The translations under genes were made by a program, and so were the position numbers. From NCBI GenBank assembly GCA_965261085.1, contig OZ253442.1, positions 4,032,001-4,096,000 of the forward strand: a stretch of 64,000 bases of DNA, read 5' to 3'. This DNA comes from a bacterium. GTDB lineage: Bacteria > UBA8248. Below are positions 58,124 to 64,000 of the stretch, piece after piece (positions within the stretch are counted from its first letter, which is position 1; the number at the start of each line of letters is the position of its first letter). Below the pieces are notes generated by a model that was given only the letters and a program-made list of their open reading frames with translations, was not told where the DNA came from and searched no databases.

Positions 58124-58952
58124 AAGCGAGCATACTCTCGGTGCGAATGGTCTCCAGGCACTTGAGTTTGAGTTCGTTGTAATCCTGGTTCGTCACCACG
58201 CTTTGGAAACGGGGACGGGGAACCCTGTTGGGCAGATCGGAAATGACGTGGCCGGGATTCGCGCTCATAATCAGGATGCGGTCAGAAAGAAAAACCGCTT
58301 CATCCACGTCGTGGGTGACGAACACGACCGTCGTGCCGAACTCTCTCCAGATGTTCAGCAGATTTTCCTGCATCATGATGCGCGTCTGAGCGTCCAGGGC
58401 TCCAAACGGCTCGTCCATCAGCAGTACGCTCGGGTAGGTTGCAAGCGCCCGGGCGATGCCGACGCGTTGCTGCATGCCGCCCGATAATTCCGCTGGATAG
58501 TGGTCCCGATACTTGAACAGGCCCACCATCTCCAGAAGGGTTCTGGCCGTCGTATTCGCCTCGACGTCATTGGCGAACCGGGGACCCATTGCGATGTTGT
58601 CGAAAATCGTTTTCCACGGGAACAGGGAGTATTCCTGAAATACCATGCCGCGGTCAGGACCGGGCCCATGGATTTCCTGGCCGTCAACCCTCACCCTGCC
58701 GGTCGTTGGCTTCACGAATCCCGCAATCGAATTCAACAGGGTCGATTTACCGCAACCGGAAGGCCCAAGCAGACAGACGAATTCGCTGGATCTAATCTCA
58801 ATCGATGTCTCCTGAACCGCGACGTTTTCTTTCCCCCGTTTCCCGTAAACAATGGAGACTTTCTCGATTGAAATATGGCCGCGATTAGAAGTGACCTGAC
58901 GTCTTCCTGGCGGCGCGGCGATTTTCTCGTCTTTTTTTTCGATTATCGGCAT
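58104..58952 (-). CDS. ABC transporter ATP-binding protein (nitrate/sulfonate/taurine type)
   Basis: GPSGCGKST, MVFQEYSLFPW, LSGGMQQR, MDEPFGALDAQTR and FVTHD.DEA. Confidence 0.95.
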   Translation of the reverse strand: MPIIEKKDEKIAAPPGRRQVTSNRGHISIEKVSIVYGKRGKENVAVQETSIEIRSSEFVCLLGPSGCGKSTLLNSIAGFVKPTTGRVRVDGQEIHGPGPDRGMVFQEYSLFPWKTIFDNIAMGPRFANDVEANTTARTLLEMVGLFKYRDHYPAELSGGMQQRVGIARALATYPSVLLMDEPFGALDAQTRIMMQENLLNIWREFGTTVVFVTHDVDEAVFLSDRILIMSANPGHVISDLPNRVPRPRFQSVVTNQDYNELKLKCLETIRTESMLAFESQND

Positions 58953-59499
58953 ATCTTCGCTGGTTTCCGTGGAAAATCGGGGTTTTCTGCGAATATCCGT
59001 CAGGGGGTAATCTACGGGGGGGATAATTCCAAAGAATTACGACGATGTTAAGCTGCTGTTTCCGCCTTATTTCGAGAACATTTCCCGAATAGCCTGTTGC
59101 GTCTCCCTGCGAGCCGGATTGCTGTGTCAATTATTCCGTGGTTTTGCCCACTCCCTCGCCTACCGGATGAGGTCTATAGAGAAGAGGGAAAACACCGGCT
59201 CAGATAGGATAAGAAAAATCGATGATTCAGGTATGACGTTCCGTCACCCCGGCGCCATACCCAATTCTACCCGTAACCAGAAACTCGCATCCAGGCGATG
59301 TATTTTCCTCTTGACTTTTAATTATTTTCATATCAAAGTTTCTTGTAGACACTTCGCTTAGAGTAGGGGCTTCCGCCTCTCCGTCCGAGCGAGGAAGCAC
59401 GAACCGCCCGAAGAGTTCGGAGGGGGTGAGTGGCTTTCCCCGTCCGAGGAGGTACAAGTGGCGCCGCACACCCGGCGCACTCCAGGAGGGGGAAACGCT

Positions 59500-59688
59500 A
59501 TGCTCAAGGACGGCAAGCCCACGACAAATGGATGGTTGTTCGTCGCTTTGCTCATTCTTATCCTGACAACAACGGTCAATCCCTTCATCAACTACAAGTA
59601 CTTCACGATCTTGTGGTATCCGCTGGTCGCCCTCTACGGGCTCTGGGTGCTGATTCGTGTGGTGTACGAAGAGGAGGACGCGTCATGA
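59500..59688 (+). CDS. Small two-TM partner protein of the SSS transporter
   Basis: AGGAGG RBS, two hydrophobic helices, acidic tail; stop overlaps the symporter ATG (ATGA). Confidence 0.7.
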   Translation: MLKDGKPTTNGWLFVALLILILTTTVNPFINYKYFTILWYPLVALYGLWVLIRVVYEEEDAS

Positions 59689-61154
59689 TATGGTCCTCGC
59701 CGTACTTCATCTTCGGGTGTGTCGTCGTCTACCTGATCGTCACCATCTTGGTCGTTTACCGTTATCACTCTGAAGAGGCGACCGAGGAAGATTATTACGT
59801 GGCCGGCCGTAACGTCGGCTACATTCCCAACTCGTTCAGCATAGTGGCCACGCTCATGTCGGGCGGGATCTACCTGGGCACGGTGGGCTGGTTCTACCTG
59901 AAGGGCGTGGGCTTCGTGGGCTACGGGTTCGCTTACGCGTTCATGGTGTTCCCGCTCTGGTACATCGGCAAGCGCCTCTGGCCGGTGGGTAAGAAGTTCA
60001 ACTACGTCACCGCACAGGATTTCTACGGGGATTTCTACCAGAGTGAGCTTCTCCGGATCTGCGGGGCCGTCGGGACCGTCATCTTCCTGGTTCCCTATTT
60101 CGCCTCGAACGCCGTCGCCATGGGCACCGTCCTCGAGCGGTTCGCAGGCATTCCTTACATCTGGGGGGTGCTCCTCCTGCTCGTCATCGGAGTGGGCTAC
60201 ACCATCTACGGAGGGATGCGAGGGGTCATCTATACCGACGTCTTACAGGGCGTAATCTCCTTGGCTTTCGGTGTGGTGGCGCTTTCGTATCTCTTTTACG
60301 CCGTGGGCGGTTACACCAAGTTGATCGATGCGCTACCTGAGTCGCATACCCTGTTTACGTCCGACGCCATAACCTTCGGGCTTTTCCTCGGCTGGTTCGT
60401 GTTTATGGCCTCCCATCCCCTTACGATGGGAGACCGCATGACGCGCATGTACACCATCCGCAGCCTGGAAGAATATCGCCGAAACGTGATTCTGACGGCG
60501 GTGATGCTGCTCGTGATGGTCGTGATTTTCCTCTTCCTGGGGCTGATCAGCCGCGTCTTCGCCGGCCCTGGGTTGAACATGGACCAAGCCATCCTCGTGA
60601 CCATCCAGAAGCAGGCCCCCTGGCTTATGGCCTGGCTGGTGGTGGTCGTCTGGGCGTGCGGCATGTCCACCCTGGACTCCGGCCTTGTGGGCGCGAACGC
60701 CATCATATCGAAGGACATCGTCCGGGGCTTCGTCAAGAAGGACGTCTCCCAGGCGCAATCCGTCCTGATCGGGAAGTGGGCCATGTTGGTCTTCGGGTTT
60801 CTGGCCGTGTGGATCGCCCTCGCCCGGCCGCCCTACATCTGGGCCCTTGTCAAGCTGGTGGTGATGTTCCACATGCAGTTCCTGCCCCTGCTGATCGGTG
60901 GCCTCTACTGGAAGCGGGCCTCGAAGCTGGGGGCTGAGGTGGGTTGGGTCGTCGGGGTGGCGCTCGGCACCTACTACACCTTCTTCGCCTCGGGGCCACC
61001 GCCCATCAACGTGGGCAGCGCGCCGGCGCCGGGCTTCTTCGGGCTGCTGGTGAACGCGGTGCTCTTCATCGGGATCTCTTACTTCGCCTCTCCGCTGCCC
61101 GCCGAGCACCGGGCGAAGTACGAGAGCGCGTGGAACGGGGAAGAAACGGAGTGA
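59685..61154 (+). CDS. Sodium:solute symporter (SSS/PutP-PanF-like)
   Basis: EDYYVAGR, AT.MSG, YT.YGGMRGV.YTDV.Q, MST.DS and LYWKRA. Confidence 0.93.
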   Translation: MIWSSPYFIFGCVVVYLIVTILVVYRYHSEEATEEDYYVAGRNVGYIPNSFSIVATLMSGGIYLGTVGWFYLKGVGFVGYGFAYAFMVFPLWYIGKRLWPVGKKFNYVTAQDFYGDFYQSELLRICGAVGTVIFLVPYFASNAVAMGTVLERFAGIPYIWGVLLLLVIGVGYTIYGGMRGVIYTDVLQGVISLAFGVVALSYLFYAVGGYTKLIDALPESHTLFTSDAITFGLFLGWFVFMASHPLTMGDRMTRMYTIRSLEEYRRNVILTAVMLLVMVVIFLFLGLISRVFAGPGLNMDQAILVTIQKQAPWLMAWLVVVVWACGMSTLDSGLVGANAIISKDIVRGFVKKDVSQAQSVLIGKWAMLVFGFLAVWIALARPPYIWALVKLVVMFHMQFLPLLIGGLYWKRASKLGAEVGWVVGVALGTYYTFFASGPPPINVGSAPAPGFFGLLVNAVLFIGISYFASPLPAEHRAKYESAWNGEETE

Positions 61155-61996
61155 GGAACCGTTTTTGAAGGGGTGGGGAGATTCGGCAGGTCATGCGGAT
61201 GGGACGACCGAAACGAGCAGACCATGGCGGCCTGGTTTCCCGCGTCCTCAACCGTGCGAACGCGCGGTTGAGGACCTTTGAGAATGGAACGGACCGAGAC
61301 GCGACTGACGGCTTATCGTGTGTTGTTACCGAATCGTTAGCATATAGTGGTGTGGCCGAGGGAAGATAGGTATCGATGCGCATGTTGATAGGAGGCGTTT
61401 GCGTCTCATTTCACGGCGAAACGGGTGAATCGAAATATAGTCGTATTTACAACGATATGACGAATTAAAATCAGCCCTCATTCAGCACCGAACGGATTTT
61501 GCGCAGCGCCGCTACGGTTTGGGCGAGTTCGTGGCGCCCGAGTGTAGCCGAAAAATAATAATCGCAAATCGAGGCGGAATCCTCCGTATCACGGTTCCCA
61601 TCTCCCCCGTGCTTGTGGCGCCGCCCGCATCTTCCCCATTCGCCATTATTTTTTCTCCCCACAGTGGGCGGTGAACGTCTACGGCTCATCTCCTCTTTCT
61701 TTCGAGGCTTCAAAATGCGCCGACCTTCTCCATGAATCCGGGGCGATTTTCGGGGAGCGCTCCACGGCGCATCTTCAGGGTCAGGATGATTTCAACCGCG
61801 CTCATTCGCATCAAAGGCCGATCGGTGGGAAAATAGTTCTCAAGTCTCATGGGATTTACTCAAGAGTCGGGAGGGGCGCCTGAATTTCGCCATCCCGATT
61901 GGAGCATTCATCGAGGGAGCGTTCACCGGCATCGGCGGGCGGGCGCTCTTGGATGTCTGCGTTATTTCATCCCGCCGCATGTATGGAGGAACTTCA

Positions 61997-62464
61997 ATGC
62001 TGGAAGATCATCATCATTTCATGGGGTTGACGCTCGAGGAATCACGTCTTGCGCTCGAGGCGGGGAACTCCCCCGTCGGCTCGATCATCGTCAGAGATGG
62101 AGAAGTGATCGGCAGGGGACAAAATCGCGTCAACTCTCACGCCGACCCCACCTGCCACGGCGAGACCGACGCCATTCGAAACGCATGCCGGGCACTGGGT
62201 TCTCCCGACCTGTCCGGGTCGACGCTCTATACGGCGATGGAACCCTGCCCGATGTGCTGCTGGTCAATCGTCCTGGCGAATATCGAAACGCTCGTTCTGG
62301 GCGCGCGCCATGCCGAGATGAGGCGAACCGACCATGGAGACTATTCCGTCGAAAAGCTCCTGGCCATGGGGAATCGAACCGTCAATCTCGTCACGGGCGT
62401 TCGGGTGGCCGAATGCGAGGCCCTCAGGCGCAGTTGGTCGGGGTGGGTGGAACCCAAACCGTAG
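61997..62464 (+). CDS. Zinc-dependent nucleoside/nucleobase deaminase (CDA fold)
   Basis: P.GS.IV..G, DPT.HGE and LYT.MEPCPMC; GGAGG RBS. Confidence 0.9.
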   Translation: MLEDHHHFMGLTLEESRLALEAGNSPVGSIIVRDGEVIGRGQNRVNSHADPTCHGETDAIRNACRALGSPDLSGSTLYTAMEPCPMCCWSIVLANIETLVLGARHAEMRRTDHGDYSVEKLLAMGNRTVNLVTGVRVAECEALRRSWSGWVEPKP

Positions 62465-62500
62465 CCACCGGGCCGTCCGCGAAAATGAGGAGAAAGAATC

Positions 62501-63325
62501 ATGAGCCGCTGGATACAGGAACTGACTTGGCCGGACGTAGCGGAATACCTCGAGAATGGGGATACGGCGCTCGTACCCGTCGGCGCCACGGAGCAGCACG
62601 GGCCTCATTGTCCCATCGGAACGGATGCGGCCGAGGCCATCGCGACCGCCGGGGAGGTGGCCGAGCGGGCGGACGCCCTGATCGCCTCTCCCCTGTGGTT
62701 CGGGTGGTCGCCTCATCATCTCGCGTTTCCGGGAACGATATCGCTCGCCGCGGATACGCTGACGCGCGTCGTCGAGGACGTATGCAACAGCCTCGTCATT
62801 CATGGCTTCAAGCATATCGTGATCTTAAACGGGCACCGGGTCGCGAATCTCCCCCCGCTCGAGATTGCCGTGGTGCGGGTCAGGAACTTAACGGCCGCCG
62901 CCGTCGCAATCGTGGACCTGGCGCTCATCGCCGGGAAGGAGATTCGCGCCGCCTGCGAGAGTCCCCCGGGAGGAGTGGGCCACGGATGCGAATCCGAGAC
63001 CTCCTTCATGCTTTACAAGTATGGCGATCAGGTCAGGATGGACCGCGCGTTGGACGCCATTCCCGAGGTGGGCGAATTCGAGCACCGCTTCGTTTCCGTG
63101 GACCACGCCGTCAACCGGGTCGAAAATCCAAAACTCTCCTTTCCGCCGACAGTGGAGGAATACGGGCAAAACCGGGAAGCGATGGGAGTCGGCGGAGCGG
63201 CCACCCTGGCATCGGTGGAGAAAGGAGAGAAAATTTTCGAGGCCATCGCGGCGAACACGACAAGATTCGTGAAAACCTTTCAAAACGTGTCCGTCACCAT
63301 CAAGGCGACCGTCACGCCCCTTTAG
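62501..63325 (+). CDS. Creatininase family amidohydrolase
   Basis: PVGATEQHGPH.P.GTD, S.HH..FPGT, NGH..N, HGCESETS and A..EKG. Confidence 0.92.
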   Translation: MSRWIQELTWPDVAEYLENGDTALVPVGATEQHGPHCPIGTDAAEAIATAGEVAERADALIASPLWFGWSPHHLAFPGTISLAADTLTRVVEDVCNSLVIHGFKHIVILNGHRVANLPPLEIAVVRVRNLTAAAVAIVDLALIAGKEIRAACESPPGGVGHGCESETSFMLYKYGDQVRMDRALDAIPEVGEFEHRFVSVDHAVNRVENPKLSFPPTVEEYGQNREAMGVGGAATLASVEKGEKIFEAIAANTTRFVKTFQNVSVTIKATVTPL

Positions 63326-63473
63326 GCCGGAGGAGAGAAAAGAACCATCTCTCATTGGGAGGATTTGATCACCGTCATTCCGGCGCATGCTTCGAAAAAA
63401 GCGCGACCTCTAAAATCACTCCCCCCTTGAGGGGTTGTTGAAAAAGTCCGCCCCGCTAAGAATTGACCACTGC

Positions 63474-63615
63474 CGTCTTTCCGGCGAAAGCCGGAATCCA
63501 GTTCCGAGCGGAATGGCAATACTCCGGCTTTTCATCTCCTCGTCATTGGCTGGAATCAATCAGAAAATAAAAAAAAAAGCAAAACACATGGATTCCGGCA
63601 TGCGCCGGAATGACG
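63474..63615. repeat. Inverted pair of CGTCATTCCGGC...GCCGGAATCCA palindromic repeats
   Basis: CGTCTTTCCGGCGAAAGCCGGAATCCA at 63474-63500 and TGGATTCCGGCATGCGCCGGAATGACG at 63589-63615; partial copy at 63373-63390. Confidence 0.8.
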
Positions 63616-63634
63616 AACAAAGCCGCACCGCCTC

Positions 63635-63660
63635 GTAAGGACAGGTCGCGACCTGTCCAC
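63635..63660 (+). repeat. REP-like palindrome (GTAA variant)
   Basis: GTAA followed by the perfect palindrome GGACAGGTCGCGACCTGTCC. Confidence 0.7.
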
Positions 63661-63818
63661 GGCCCCCCCTCTCGTCGGTTGACAACATACGCCAAATCAC
63701 GAAATCAGGGCTTTTTCAACAACCCCGATGAAGGAGTGTTTGCGGTTTGCCGACCGAGGAGGGGGAGCGTGTTTCTCCTCCCTGGAAACCCGACAGCAAG
63801 ACGAGTCAAGGCGAGAAT

Positions 63819-63985
63819 CACTCCCCCCTTGAGGGGGAGTCGACGAGGTAAGGGCGTAGCCCGCAAGCGAGTCGGTGGGGGGAGCTTTTAATTAGTGGAG
63901 TAACCATTTATTAGAATCGTCCCCCCACCGAATCGGCCTTCGCCCAAGGGCTCGGCCTCTTCGACTCCCCCTCAAGGGGGGAGTG
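63819..63985. repeat. Palindromic MITE/REPIN-like element, copy B
   Basis: Inverted near-copy of 12295-12447 with the same CACTCCCCCCTTGAGGGGGAGTC termini and a different central spacer. Confidence 0.9.
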
Positions 63986-64000
63986 GTTTTTTCCTCTCGT

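Larger units (their letters stand above)
63431..63726. mobile_element. Non-autonomous MITE-like element
   Basis: Terminal inverted repeats GGGGTTGTTGAAAAAG(T)CC ... GGGCTTTTTCAACAACCCC; no transposase; related ends at about 12111 and 12180. Confidence 0.7.

Noticed and set aside
61155-61990. Short ORFs between the SSS transporter and the deaminase
   Set aside because: No recognisable motifs and interrupted frames; at most a decayed gene.
61849-63441. 530-aa ORF, and other long overlapping ORFs such as 16779-18221, 24783-25880 and 30840-32060
   Set aside because: Arg/Gly/Ala-rich shadow frames of well-supported genes, as expected in GC-rich DNA.

Overview
Bacterial chromosomal window, GC-rich and diderm (it encodes a porin, Tat and lipoproteins). 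The gene content resembles Nitrospinota/Desulfobacterota-type organisms, but that is inference only. Core genes: amtB-glnK, a long minus-strand run (NtrC-like pseudo-ATPase, a modular Glm amino-sugar pathway, pcrA, gatC, menaquinone UbiD/UbiA/UbiE homologues, a stand-alone PDH-E1-like enzyme), tatB-tatC, acyP, ccdA, a class V aminotransferase-serA-hisZ-purA operon, and TPP riboswitch-thiC. Features the ORF track misses or splits: (1) a CxxU Rdx/SelW selenoprotein with a plausible SECIS hairpin, coupled to a MOSC gene and followed by a PhzF gene; (2) a disrupted phospholipase A2-like lipoprotein at the end of a cassette of exported hydrolases (thermonuclease, Zn-metallopeptidase with a TbpB-like barrel, PLA2) that interrupts a decaying N-scavenging operon (ABC ATPase, TauE, internally deleted allophanate hydrolase); (3) a frameshifted RAYT transposase with GTAG REP palindromes, including REPs that bracket a pentapeptide-repeat gene; (4) two composite palindrome/MITE clusters; (5) a duplicated ~145-bp element with a 21-bp internal period at two core/accessory junctions. 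There is also a non-catalytic HMGS-like/DUF35 fusion next to a thiolase, an architecture like PhlABC. No rRNA, tRNA or CRISPR array was seen. All calls come from reading motifs by eye; no database searches were run.
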